The notes under the pieces: model-generated
The model's input: the letters and a program-made list of their open reading frames with translations, nothing else
What the model was told of the DNA's origin: nothing
Databases searched by the model: none
Translations under genes and position numbers: made by a program
Shown here: positions 1-7,651 of the stretch, one piece after another
Layout: every line of letters begins with the position of its first letter
Numbering within the stretch: position 1 is the first letter of the stretch
IMG/VR virus record: IMGVR_UViG_3300042908_000623
Strand: one strand, 5' to 3'
Length of the DNA stretch: 20,000 nucleotides
Source of the DNA: an uncultured virus (IMG/VR IMGVR_UViG_3300042908_000623)
Taxonomy: Duplodnaviria; Heunggongvirae; Uroviricota; Caudoviricetes

Positions 1-2237
1 CGGGCTACGCCCACCGCAGTTCCGCCGCGATTGTATTCTTTGCGCCAGTCTAACCCGCGCTGCGCCTCGCTCTTCATCCCGCTGGTTGGCTTTAGGTCGA
101 TATCAGTGCCGCGATACATGGCTTTCTGCTCAGTGGCTACTACTGGTATGTGTACACATCGACATTGCGCCCGTCCGTCACACTGCGGATTCGGAACCGC
201 TGGTATCTGACCAAGCTGGCCACCCAGTCCGTCAGATTCGCCGCACGGCATACAGGTTGCGTTATCGAGTACGGCCGAATAGACCAGGTATTCGATAGCA
301 TCCGACGACTCTGTTATCTGTGCCTCTCGGCCCTGAGCCAGTGCGACGTTGGTTCCCTCTGATGCGGCCCTGCCAACATATGCCGTCGATCCGTCGCGGA
401 ATGCCTGCTGTACGGTCTCTTTCACCGGCTGATTGAGCATCGAGGCGGATGATGCCGCGCCAATGCCGCGCGCTTGTACGTCGTTTGCAACCTTGCCCAC
501 AAGCGTGGATGCGATCATCTGGATAAGCTCACGCTTGATAACCTGCGCCGCCGTCATGGTGACGTTGATATCCGGCCCTCGCTGGAGGGCAATTTCACTG
601 GCGATCAGCTTCGCCCCGGCGATAAATATCCCTGCCAGTATTGCGCCGATGATCAGCTTGTCCTGCTCGAGGGGGCGCACAGTTGCTGCGTAGTATTCGG
701 CCAGATCCATGTCGTCCAGCTCCTCAGCGATCTGATCAGCGTACCGCTTGCGAAGCTGTAACAGGTTCGACTCGAGGCCGATTTTGCCTTTCTGATACTC
801 TTCATCGAGGGCCTTGATGCAGCGCATCTCAAGCTCCGTCGGCTGTCGTCTGAGCGTCAGCCCCTGCCAGTCATATGCTTTTATTTGGACGTTGCGGAGG
901 TCGGAGGACGAATTCCCCTCCACAACGTCCGCAGCCTGCGTGGGCACGATTGCAGCAGGCTGATCCGTTGGCGTCGTCGCCGTATCTGTTGCGCTTGCCA
1001 TCGCGTTTGCCGGCATTGTCGGTGTCGCGTTATTGGGTAGCAGGAAGTAGTCACCAGCCGGATCTGGGTCATAACCAAACTGCGCGCGAGTTTCATTAAG
1101 CGATGTGACGCCAGCCTGCCACGCTGCTATCGCGCGCTGCTCCTTCTCGCTCTGGTTCTCCTGAAGTGCGCGAATCTCTGATGTGTCAAACTCGCAATCA
1201 ATCGCGGTGGTATCGCGCTCGAAGTCGATCAGCAGTTGCCGTGCAATCGTGCGCTCAAAGGTTTTCCACGTCGGGATCAGGCATTCCTCGAAGGCACTCT
1301 TCTTCAGGTTGGCAAGGTTGTTATATGTCGAGGAATCCAGCCCTGCCGACAGCCCCGCGACGATAGCAGGGATACCCAGCGCACCGGAGATGCGCGACTC
1401 GGCAAGGTTGGTGATCGACGCAAAGTCCATCTGCTTTGGATCGTAGCCAAGCGGCTTGATGTCTGCCTGAAAGTCAAGGATGAGTGGCTCACCGCGATTG
1501 TCGCCGCCGAATTTCCTTTTCCAGGTTTGCTTGATTTGCTCGGCCTTTTCCATTGTCATGCCGATCGGTTCGGCCGGTGAGACAACGACACCAGGTATCG
1601 CCATATTGCGGCAGAGAGCAGCAACCCATAGTGACACCTCAGTGTCAGTAAAAACTTGCAGCAGAGCGGCTTTAAGCGGGGCAAGGCCATACCTAGGGTT
1701 GGCGGGATTAAGGCCATTCCTGAAATGCACCACGTTCTCAATGGGTACGCGCTCAATCGTGCCATTGATGCGCCGCTCGTAGTAGTCGACGAATGCGCTG
1801 CCATTCTCCGGCCAGTGTGGTTTTATTGACCAGTGCGGTTCATACCAGATCGACGTGGGCACGCCAAAGCCTCGAGCGTTGCGCTCCTTGATCCAGTAGG
1901 CGTTGCCGTCAAGGTGATACGACAGCAGGGTAGCAGCCCATAGCGATTGCGCGTCATATCCGGTGTTGGGCGACTCAATCAGGCTTGTCAGCGGATGCCC
2001 GTCTATCGTCTCGTCTTCGTCGTCGGCAAGCTCTTGGTAAACCTCAAACTCAGCTTGAACAAAATTGCGCTGAATCCACGCAAGCGTATTGATGACTGCG
2101 CTGTTCGAGATTGGGTCGGTGTTCTCGTATGGGAAGGTGCGCGGAGCCATGCTGAGAAACGAGCCGCCGCGATGCGTCATTGACGCAGGATAGCGGAAGG
2201 CGGTGGAGGCTGCTTTGATTCGGTCAAATATTCCCAT
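1..2237 (-). CDS. Portal protein fused to a MuF/SPP1 gp7-like head morphogenesis domain and a further C-terminal domain (3' end beyond window)
   Basis: Manual translation from ATG 2237 (MGIFDRIKAAST...) gives 745 codons with no stop to the window edge. HK97-type portal motifs: HPLTSLIESPN, LDGNAYWIKER, IENVVHFRN, YGLAPL, ISGALGIPAIVAG, SLNETRAQFGYDP. MuF-like motifs: YSAVLDNATCMPC...PNPQCDGRAQCRCVHIP. Lies downstream of terL. Confidence 0.9.
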   Translation of the reverse strand, partial: MGIFDRIKAASTAFRYPASMTHRGGSFLSMAPRTFPYENTDPISNSAVINTLAWIQRNFVQAEFEVYQELADDEDETIDGHPLTSLIESPNTGYDAQSLWAATLLSYHLDGNAYWIKERNARGFGVPTSIWYEPHWSIKPHWPENGSAFVDYYERRINGTIERVPIENVVHFRNGLNPANPRYGLAPLKAALLQVFTDTEVSLWVAALCRNMAIPGVVVSPAEPIGMTMEKAEQIKQTWKRKFGGDNRGEPLILDFQADIKPLGYDPKQMDFASITNLAESRISGALGIPAIVAGLSAGLDSSTYNNLANLKKSAFEECLIPTWKTFERTIARQLLIDFERDTTAIDCEFDTSEIRALQENQSEKEQRAIAAWQAGVTSLNETRAQFGYDPDPAGDYFLLPNNATPTMPANAMASATDTATTPTDQPAAIVPTQAADVVEGNSSSDLRNVQIKAYDWQGLTLRRQPTELEMRCIKALDEEYQKGKIGLESNLLQLRKRYADQIAEELDDMDLAEYYAATVRPLEQDKLIIGAILAGIFIAGAKLIASEIALQRGPDINVTMTAAQVIKRELIQMIASTLVGKVANDVQARGIGAASSASMLNQPVKETVQQAFRDGSTAYVGRAASEGTNVALAQGREAQITESSDAIEYLVYSAVLDNATCMPCGESDGLGGQLGQIPAVPNPQCDGRAQCRCVHIPVVATEQKAMYRGTDIDLKPTSGMKSEAQRGLDWRKEYNRGGTAVGVA

Positions 2238-2249
2238 ACAAGCTACTCG

Positions 2250-2408
2250 TTACACAGAATCGGAAAATAACTTTTTTGAAACGTCGTCCTCATACTCAAT
2301 CGGCCAGCTCGTCAGCTCTCGCTCCAGCTCTGCAATTCGTGCATCCTTTGCGGCAAGCTGCGCTTCCAGGTAGTCGATACGCTTCGCCATTTCTTCAATA
2401 GTTGCCAT
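2250..2408 (-). CDS. Small coiled-coil protein (52 aa) between terL and portal
   Basis: ATG overlaps the terL stop (TGATG); heptad-like IDYLEAQLAAKDARIAELERELT. Confidence 0.6.
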   Translation of the reverse strand: MATIEEMAKRIDYLEAQLAAKDARIAELERELTSWPIEYEDDVSKKLFSDSV

Positions 2409-3619
2409 CAGTATGCCGTCCCCATGTTGCCACGTTGCAAACACTCCCACGCCAGCGCACGCGCGATTACCGTGTCGTCGTGGCCACCCTCCGGGGCAGA
2501 GTAGCTCACACGGCCAGTCGTGCTATTTACGCGCGATTCGTACGATAACAGCTCGACGCGCCCCACTGGGTCAGGCAGGAAATGACACTCTTCCCGCTCG
2601 AGGCACAAGGCCAGTGATTGGATGAGCGGCGGCTTGCTGCTGCCCGTCGTCTCAAAGCCCCTGACGCTCATCCCCTCACGCTGCAAAGCCTCGAGGTTCG
2701 GCGAGCCGATACTGTTGCTCTCAACGATTGTTGATGCCACGATCCAGCGGTCAGCGATGGCCCGAAGACGCGCCCTCTGGAATGCCCACTCAATCTTGTT
2801 AAACCTGTCCAGCTCGACTTCCTGCCGGCACGTACCGCAGATCACGCTGATCACCGTGAAGTCATTCTTTTGCCCCCAATCGACACCGGCAAATAGCTGA
2901 TGGCCTGCATGGTGGCCAGTGTCAGCGCGAAGGCAAGCATCAATGTTGCGAAACACCGCGCCGGAGTTCTGCAGAAACTCGGCCAGATACTCCTGCCGGA
3001 AGATCTGCTCTGGTAGCTCCTGCCGTGCTGCTTCGATCTCTGATGGTTTGATATGGGGATTGTCGAGAGTCGGACTGTGCCACGCTGCCCAGTCTGGTTG
3101 TGTGCCGTCTACGCCTCGAGAATAGCACTCGTGAAAAAAGTTGATCCCCTTCGGAGTGCTTAAAAAGAATGCGTCGCCCTCGTAGTCAGTCAGTGTCGGC
3201 CGAATCGCAGCTTGCCATGCATCGCCCAGGTTCGGCACCATCGCGGCCTCGTCCACAATCACGCGCGCATATTTTCGACCACGCACAGAGTCAGCCGCAT
3301 CGAGAGACCAGCAATCAATGACACCGCCGGTGATCAGCTCGATGCGATGCTCCTGCTTGGCAACGCGCGTCTGCAGCTGCTTTGTCGTCTCAATGATCTC
3401 TTTCCAGACTTCACCAAGCATTTTGTACGTCGGCGAGAACCAACCGACTGGATAGCCATCAAGGGCTTTATCGATGATTAAATCGATGCCCAGCGTCGTC
3501 TTGCCAAACCTGCGCCCACACGCCAGCACGTTGAAGCGTCGCGCTTCGTCGATAATCCGTTGCTGTGCCGGATGCAGAGAGGGCAGCACCAACTCGATTG
3601 TCTTACTTGCGGTCTGCAC
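2408..3619 (-). CDS. terL: Terminase large subunit
   Basis: LHPAQQ Q-motif, Walker A CGRRFGKT, Walker B VIVDEAA, motif III FLSTPKG, FRQEYLAEF, nuclease GVDWG...DFT and HDDTVIARALA. Confidence 0.96.
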   Translation of the reverse strand: MQTASKTIELVLPSLHPAQQRIIDEARRFNVLACGRRFGKTTLGIDLIIDKALDGYPVGWFSPTYKMLGEVWKEIIETTKQLQTRVAKQEHRIELITGGVIDCWSLDAADSVRGRKYARVIVDEAAMVPNLGDAWQAAIRPTLTDYEGDAFFLSTPKGINFFHECYSRGVDGTQPDWAAWHSPTLDNPHIKPSEIEAARQELPEQIFRQEYLAEFLQNSGAVFRNIDACLRADTGHHAGHQLFAGVDWGQKNDFTVISVICGTCRQEVELDRFNKIEWAFQRARLRAIADRWIVASTIVESNSIGSPNLEALQREGMSVRGFETTGSSKPPLIQSLALCLEREECHFLPDPVGRVELLSYESRVNSTTGRVSYSAPEGGHDDTVIARALAWECLQRGNMGTAY

Positions 3620-4001
3620 GTCTGATGATCACCTCGACGGTTCCGGAGTGGCTCTGGTCGGCGCGTTCGATGTATCCGCGCTCCTGACCAATCGTCTTCA
3701 GGGTGAAGCATACCGCCCAGCCTTGCTTCTCACGCACAGCCGACAGGAGCGCGTTCTCGGCCTCGTCCAGCATTGTTTGCCGGGAGTCGTCGAGGATTTG
3801 CTTCAATTCGGGATTTGCGTTGACGTGCGCGTGAATGACGTTGCGTGAGATACCAAGCGATCGAGCAGCGTGTGAGATGTTGCCGTTTGACTCTTCGAGA
3901 GCTTGCTTCAGCTTCTCATCGTTTACACGTGGTGTTGATGGCCGCATCGGGGATTGACGCTTGGCCTTCGATTTCGTTGTAGCCTTCTTCTTTGTTGTCA
4001 T
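3603..4001 (-). CDS. terS: Terminase small subunit (Fis-like HTH)
   Basis: Overlaps the terL start; HTH QALEESNGNISHAARSLGISRNVI; C-terminal WAVCFTLKTIGQERGYIER...SHSGTVEV typical of TerS. Confidence 0.8.
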   Translation of the reverse strand: MTTKKKATTKSKAKRQSPMRPSTPRVNDEKLKQALEESNGNISHAARSLGISRNVIHAHVNANPELKQILDDSRQTMLDEAENALLSAVREKQGWAVCFTLKTIGQERGYIERADQSHSGTVEVIIRRADRK

Positions 4002-4006
4002 ACTTG

Positions 4007-4228
4007 TTATTTATCGATGATCTTGTCGATCTTGTCCTCGATGCGGTCAAGCCTTGCCTGTATGCCGCTCAACTCTTTGTCAAAAGCGCGAGTCGTGACA
4101 AGGTGACGCATCTCTTGCCGGATCTCGTCAACCTCTTTCCGCGATGGAGTGAAGAACGACTTGAGCAGCCACCCACCCATCAGCGCAATGATGCTTGATA
4201 CTGTTACATCTACGTACTCTTTCTCCAT
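4007..4228 (-). CDS. Single-TM plus coiled-coil membrane protein (lysis-associated, holin/XhlA-like)
   Basis: MEKEYVDVTVSSIIALMGGWLLKSFF hydrophobic segment, then IQARLDRIEDKIDKII. Start at 4228 is my choice; the ORF is open to 4288. Confidence 0.6.
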   Translation of the reverse strand: MEKEYVDVTVSSIIALMGGWLLKSFFTPSRKEVDEIRQEMRHLVTTRAFDKELSGIQARLDRIEDKIDKIIDK

Positions 4229-4283
4229 CGGTGTCACTTTCTCGGGGATCATTTTTGGCCTTTGTTGGTGGGGTGTCTGGTCT

Positions 4284-4347
4284 CGCATCTCCCCGGCGCG
4301 AGGCTCTACGCCTGCGAGTAGACACCCCGTATGCCGGGGATATCGCG
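4284..4347 (-). other. Long imperfect intergenic hairpin
   Basis: Minus-strand nested stems UCCCCGGC/GCCGGGGA, CGGGGU/GCCUCG and UCUAC/GUAGA; no U-tract. Confidence 0.55.
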
Positions 4348-4348
4348 G

Positions 4349-4528
4349 TTACTGTTTCAGCCTGGCTATTAGGTCGTTGAGATTTGCGTCATTGATGGCC
4401 GTCTGCTGTTCGGCCTCATCGAGCAGCTCGACGCACGAAAGGCCACGACGCGCGCCCTCTCTGAGCAACTCTTTGATCGCCAGCAGGATAAATTCGTTGA
4501 TGATTGACGGCAGTGAAATGAAGTTCAT
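4349..4528 (-). CDS. Hypothetical protein (59 aa, not in ORF track)
   Basis: MNFISLPSIINEFILLAIKELLREGARRGLSCVELLDEAEQQTAINDANLNDLIARLKQ*; ATGA overlap with the upstream stop, G-rich RBS. Confidence 0.65.
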   Translation of the reverse strand: MNFISLPSIINEFILLAIKELLREGARRGLSCVELLDEAEQQTAINDANLNDLIARLKQ

Positions 4529-4998
4529 TTGCCCCCCTGCGTGTTGTTTTTGCTGTTCACGAACGAAGCAAGCAACTTAAACGTGTCTGACAAGTCGGTG
4601 ACAAACACAACCCACTTCTGTCGCTCAGTGTCGGGCAGAGCAGCGACGCGCGGATCGGTGAGTAGTCCAGTGGTCAGCGTGGTTGCCGTGCCAATCAGCG
4701 CGACATATTTTGACTTGGCATCTTCCGGCAGGGCAAGCGACCCATCCGGCTGGATGTACTGCTTTGATTCAACGATGAGCTGCTGATTGATTGCGTTCAG
4801 CTTGAGCAGCGTTTCGGCGATGGCCAAGCCACTCTCTTTGCTTATCCGGCCTGCCGCAGTCTGACGATCGATTATCTGTGTGCCGGTGTCGATGTATCCG
4901 GCAATTCTGGATGTCGTCTTCGCCAGCTCTTTGCCCTTGTCGCATCCCGCGCCGGCCAAGCACAGCCCCAAGATGGCAGTTAGGAGGAGTGTTCGCAT
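4525..4998 (-). CDS. Lipoprotein (lysis module, possibly spanin-related)
   Basis: Signal peptide with lipobox MRTLLLTAILGLCLAGAG-C; RBS GGAGGTG; translationally coupled to the holin-like gene. Confidence 0.75.
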   Translation of the reverse strand: MRTLLLTAILGLCLAGAGCDKGKELAKTTSRIAGYIDTGTQIIDRQTAAGRISKESGLAIAETLLKLNAINQQLIVESKQYIQPDGSLALPEDAKSKYVALIGTATTLTTGLLTDPRVAALPDTERQKWVVFVTDLSDTFKLLASFVNSKNNTQGGK

Positions 4999-5204
4999 TA
5001 CTTCACCTCCGGTATGGGCGACTGCTTCAGGTATGCCGCGGCAGCAAGGATCGCGCCGACGGTTGCCACTTGAGCCACTTTGCCAATCCCCTCCGCCAAA
5101 TTGAAATTAATCGGATCGACCACGATTACCGTGATCGCATTTGCCGCCCCGCCGACGATGGCAGCGATTAAACCCTTAACCCAAACTGATATACCGTTGT
5201 CCAT
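4998..5204 (-). CDS. Holin-like two-TM protein (68 aa)
   Basis: MDNGISVWVKGLIAAIVGGAANAITVIVVDP...VATVGAILAAAAYLKQSPIP; first gene after the late terminator. Confidence 0.6.
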   Translation of the reverse strand: MDNGISVWVKGLIAAIVGGAANAITVIVVDPINFNLAEGIGKVAQVATVGAILAAAAYLKQSPIPEVK

Positions 5205-5223
5205 TTCCAGTGTCTCCATTGCC

Positions 5224-5253
5224 AAAAAAAAAGACGACCCACAAGAGGTCGTC
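5224..5253 (-). terminator. Intrinsic terminator ahead of the lysis/packaging operon
   Basis: GACGACC-TCTTGTG-GGTCGTC followed by T9 on the minus strand. Confidence 0.85.
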
Positions 5254-5299
5254 AAGTTGGAGTATCATCAAAGCACGACCGCTTAGTCGTACAATAGCT

Positions 5300-5328
5300 A
5301 CACTATCAGCCGAATAACTTTTTTGCAA
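5300..5328 (-). promoter_or_regulatory. Putative sigma70-type late promoter
   Basis: TTGCAA-17 nt-TAGTGT immediately after the thyX stop codon. Confidence 0.5.
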
Positions 5329-5329
5329 T

Positions 5330-6067
5330 TCACGCGCTTTCGCTGTTTTCAATATCGATGATGCCACTGTGCCACAACTCGCGGCGATTATAGGCAAGGT
5401 CAGCATCGACACTCTGCGCCAGTCGATAGATCTGATAGGTCAGCGGGAATTGCGTGGCAAAGATCATCTCCATTGCGTTTGCGTACGTCCGCATCTCGCC
5501 CTGCGCGTCGGGAGCGGTGCGAAGGCGAAGGAAATTCATCAGTGATCGGAGATTGAACTGCGCGTAAAGCTCAGTTTCGGTGCATTGCGGCAATATCGTC
5601 CGCGCCTGCTCTCTGCTCACTCCCATTTCGAGCAGTCGCGTGTAGGCGCGTGTGGCCTCGGTGATAGCGTCAATAAATAGACTGATCGCCGATACCTGGT
5701 CGTCGATCGGCCCCCCGGATACTTGGCGATTGCTATCACCCTGCTTGCGCCACGTGTGGGGACGGTGAAACGTCAATGTCATCTCCACGTACCGCCCGGA
5801 TCGCTGGGAATACGAAGCCATCCGGTGACGCTGCATTTGTGCCACCAAATACAGTGGCATCCGCAGCCGGTAGACGATGCCTGCCAGCTCGAGGGGGGAT
5901 CCGTGGTCGTTTTCGATCAGCGTCCTTAGCAATCGCCGATCTTTGAGCCTGCCCTTATTTTCTGATCCCGTGGAGACTCGGGCACGTCGGGCGATGTCCT
6001 CATCGCTGCCCCACCGCTCTTCGAGTTCCACGCTGCCATATGTTTTGATTTCCGTGTCCTGATCCAT
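5330..6067 (-). CDS. thyX: FAD-dependent thymidylate synthase
   Basis: ThyX signature RHRx7SxR (RHRMASYSQRSGRY), plus ARVS, HGSPLE, REQARTILP, NLRSLMNFLRLR, AQGEMR; RBS GGAGG. Confidence 0.95.
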   Translation of the reverse strand: MDQDTEIKTYGSVELEERWGSDEDIARRARVSTGSENKGRLKDRRLLRTLIENDHGSPLELAGIVYRLRMPLYLVAQMQRHRMASYSQRSGRYVEMTLTFHRPHTWRKQGDSNRQVSGGPIDDQVSAISLFIDAITEATRAYTRLLEMGVSREQARTILPQCTETELYAQFNLRSLMNFLRLRTAPDAQGEMRTYANAMEMIFATQFPLTYQIYRLAQSVDADLAYNRRELWHSGIIDIENSESA

Positions 6068-6085
6068 CTCGTCCTCCAGTTCTGT

Positions 6086-6886
6086 TTATGCAATTTCGTA
6101 ATAGTGCCGGGCTGGCCCCCGTGCCCCCGGCGCGCGCTCCTCGAGGGTCTGCTCGCGGATCGTCAGCACACCCTGCTCAACCAGCCTTGAGAGCCACACG
6201 AACACACGATCACGATCCTGATTGATAGCCTTTGCGATTGCATCAGCCTCGGTGTATCCCTGAGAGATCGTCTGCACAATTCGCTCCTGCACTGACTGTT
6301 CCGGCAATTCAAGGATGTAGCGCACTTCCTCGTTGGCGTAGCTGATCGCCGTGGCTGTCAGTGGCACGATTGCCGCCAGTGCGCTGCCTGCTGCCACGTA
6401 TGCGCCCCATAGGGTTGCCACGTGTGGATCGTGAGAGATCGCGGGAAGGGAAGCGTCGATGGCCGGTGCGGACTCCTCAGACACCAGCCGCCGAAGTTGG
6501 CGAGTCGTCAGGCTCTGCTCTGCCGCCTGTTCGATGAGCTGTTCTGCGTTCGGTGACGACGACGCCACAACAAAATGCGTGAACTCGAGGTTTTCCGGGC
6601 GGTCGGAGAATCTTGTGGCAAGTTGGTAGGCCCGTCGATATTCGTAAACTCGCTGATAGTGGCAACCCACCGAAGCAGCAAACTCTTGGATCGCCCCTTC
6701 CCCGTAATGCGTGACGATCGAGGCGCAGATCGCTGCCTGTTGCCACCGCCGCTCTGTGACTTCCCTCTCTGCGTCATACCACGCTTGCACATGGTCTTCC
6801 CACGCTGAGTGAGTAAAAACGGGCAAGTTCTGGTCGATCAACGCAAAACCTGCCACGATGAGCTTGTTTGATATTGATTCGGCCAT
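6086..6886 (-). CDS. Putative DNA-binding protein: LmbU/ParB-HTH-like N-terminal region plus C-terminal winged helix
   Basis: WQQAAI...HYGEGAIQEFAASVGCHYQRVYEYRRAY...ENLEFTHF...LTTRQLRRLV resembles LmbU-type HTH proteins; ADAIAKAINQDRDRVFVWLSRLVEQGVL...RGPARHYY is a wHTH pattern. Start ATG 6886 chosen. Confidence 0.6.
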   Translation of the reverse strand: MAESISNKLIVAGFALIDQNLPVFTHSAWEDHVQAWYDAEREVTERRWQQAAICASIVTHYGEGAIQEFAASVGCHYQRVYEYRRAYQLATRFSDRPENLEFTHFVVASSSPNAEQLIEQAAEQSLTTRQLRRLVSEESAPAIDASLPAISHDPHVATLWGAYVAAGSALAAIVPLTATAISYANEEVRYILELPEQSVQERIVQTISQGYTEADAIAKAINQDRDRVFVWLSRLVEQGVLTIREQTLEERAPGARGPARHYYEIA

Positions 6887-6888
6887 AT

Positions 6889-7152
6889 TTACGCCACCGC
6901 CGCTGCCACGTGTGGCATTCCATTTTTGATCTGTTGCCACGCAGTTGGGTCAGCTTGTGACACCCGGATGATCGACTCAATGAGTGGCCTGATTCTGTCG
7001 CAGTCGTCGTCATAGGCCAGCTGCCGGATCTCGTAGAGTGCCCCAGGTATCTCCCACGTGTGGGAAATTGGCCCGTATGGTTCGCGTTTGTCGAGGCGGT
7101 TACTGGCCGCCTGCTTGCCACTGCTCGATGATTGCTTTTTTGAAACTGTCAT
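6889..7152 (-). CDS. Hypothetical protein (87 aa)
   Basis: ATG 7152 with RBS GGAGGGG; MTVSKKQSSS...MPHVAAAVA*. Confidence 0.65.
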   Translation of the reverse strand: MTVSKKQSSSSGKQAASNRLDKREPYGPISHTWEIPGALYEIRQLAYDDDCDRIRPLIESIIRVSQADPTAWQQIKNGMPHVAAAVA

Positions 7153-7651
7153 AATCCCCTCCATAAATTGCCTCAAATACTGGTAAGTGCAGCCGCTGCA
7201 GGTAAATCGCTTTGCGGTGACTGCTGCCATCGTCGCGTCTCTCGCTCCACCTTAGCCGAATTGCCACGGTGTTTTTACTGGCCGTGACGTGATCAATGGT
7301 AAGCCTCGCATCGTCCGGAGGCAAGGCTATTGCCACAGACTCATCTTGTTGACTGGTAAGCGGTTCCGGTTCAGTGGCAACGCTTGCCACGTACTCGTTG
7401 CCACCTGTGGCAAGATCCACTCCGCCACGTGTGGCAGTCACTGCACCATCAGTCGCTGAATGATCAGAGCCATCAGCCCGATCGCTACGACTATCAATGT
7501 GAGTCGCGCTTGCGGATCCCACCCGTATTTGTCCTGCCGCATCGTTACCTCCCACGTGTGGCAGATCCTGACCAACGTACTGGTCAGGATTGCCACTGAA
7601 TGACGTCGCTTCGTGCGCCCCGCCTACTCGGTCGGGGCTGAGTCTTTTGGG
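7100..7651 (-). CDS. -1 frame extension of the 7624-8457 membrane protein (predicted 452-aa fusion)
   Basis: The -1 frame has a TGA directly before the slippery heptamer and is then open for 181 further codons (RLSPDRVGG...IRLRWSERRDDGSSHRKAIYLQRL...QAGGQ*). I saw no RBS-linked start of its own. Confidence 0.7.
   Translation of the reverse strand, partial: PKRLSPDRVGGAHEATSFSGNPDQYVGQDLPHVGGNDAAGQIRVGSASATHIDSRSDRADGSDHSATDGAVTATRGGVDLATGGNEYVASVATEPEPLTSQQDESVAIALPPDDARLTIDHVTASKNTVAIRLRWSERRDDGSSHRKAIYLQRLHLPVFEAIYGGDYDSFKKAIIEQWQAGGQ
7438..7542 (-). CDS. Overlapping 34-aa single-TM peptide
   Basis: GGGAGGTAACG-ATG; MRQDKYGWDPQARLTLIVVAIGLMALIIQRLMVQ*. Confidence 0.4.
   Translation of the reverse strand: MRQDKYGWDPQARLTLIVVAIGLMALIIQRLMVQ
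7558..7596 (-). other. Strong hairpin with UACG tetraloop
   Basis: GUGGCAAUCCUGACCAG-UACG-UUGGUCAGGAUCUGCCAC. Confidence 0.7.
7617..7651 (-). promoter_or_regulatory. Programmed -1 ribosomal frameshift signal
   Basis: In-frame X XXY YYZ heptamer C CCA AAA (7651-7645), 6-nt spacer GACUCA, stem GCCCCG/CGGGGC enclosing the 0-frame UAG. Confidence 0.75.

Larger units (their letters stand above)
5750..7561 (+). repeat. Dispersed co-oriented CCACGTGTGG motif array (consensus TGCCAC-NN-GTGGCA)
   Basis: Exact copies at 5750, 6418, 6906, 7054, 7425 and 7552; variant TTGCCACCTGTGGCAA at 7398-7413. I saw no exact copy elsewhere in the window. Confidence 0.85.

Noticed and set aside
86..2183. Many short ORFs in the track on both strands, and the apparent absence of a portal gene (possible recoding or pseudogene)
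   Set aside because: They are shadows of one continuous minus-strand ORF that simply has no stop inside the window; no recoding is needed.
3921..3934. Near-match to the CCACGTGTGG motif in reverse orientation inside terS
   Set aside because: Single imperfect copy well outside the cluster; compatible with chance.
7373..7600. Dense GCCAC/GTGGC repeats as a possible CRISPR array
   Set aside because: The repeats are only 10-16 bp, irregularly spaced and lie within ORFs; there is no repeat-spacer periodicity.
7441..7626. Stop-codon read-through of UAG 7624 (the 0 frame stays open to 7438)
   Set aside because: Other genes here end normally at TAG, and the -1 frameshift plus an internal RBS explain the layout better. 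Not fully excluded.
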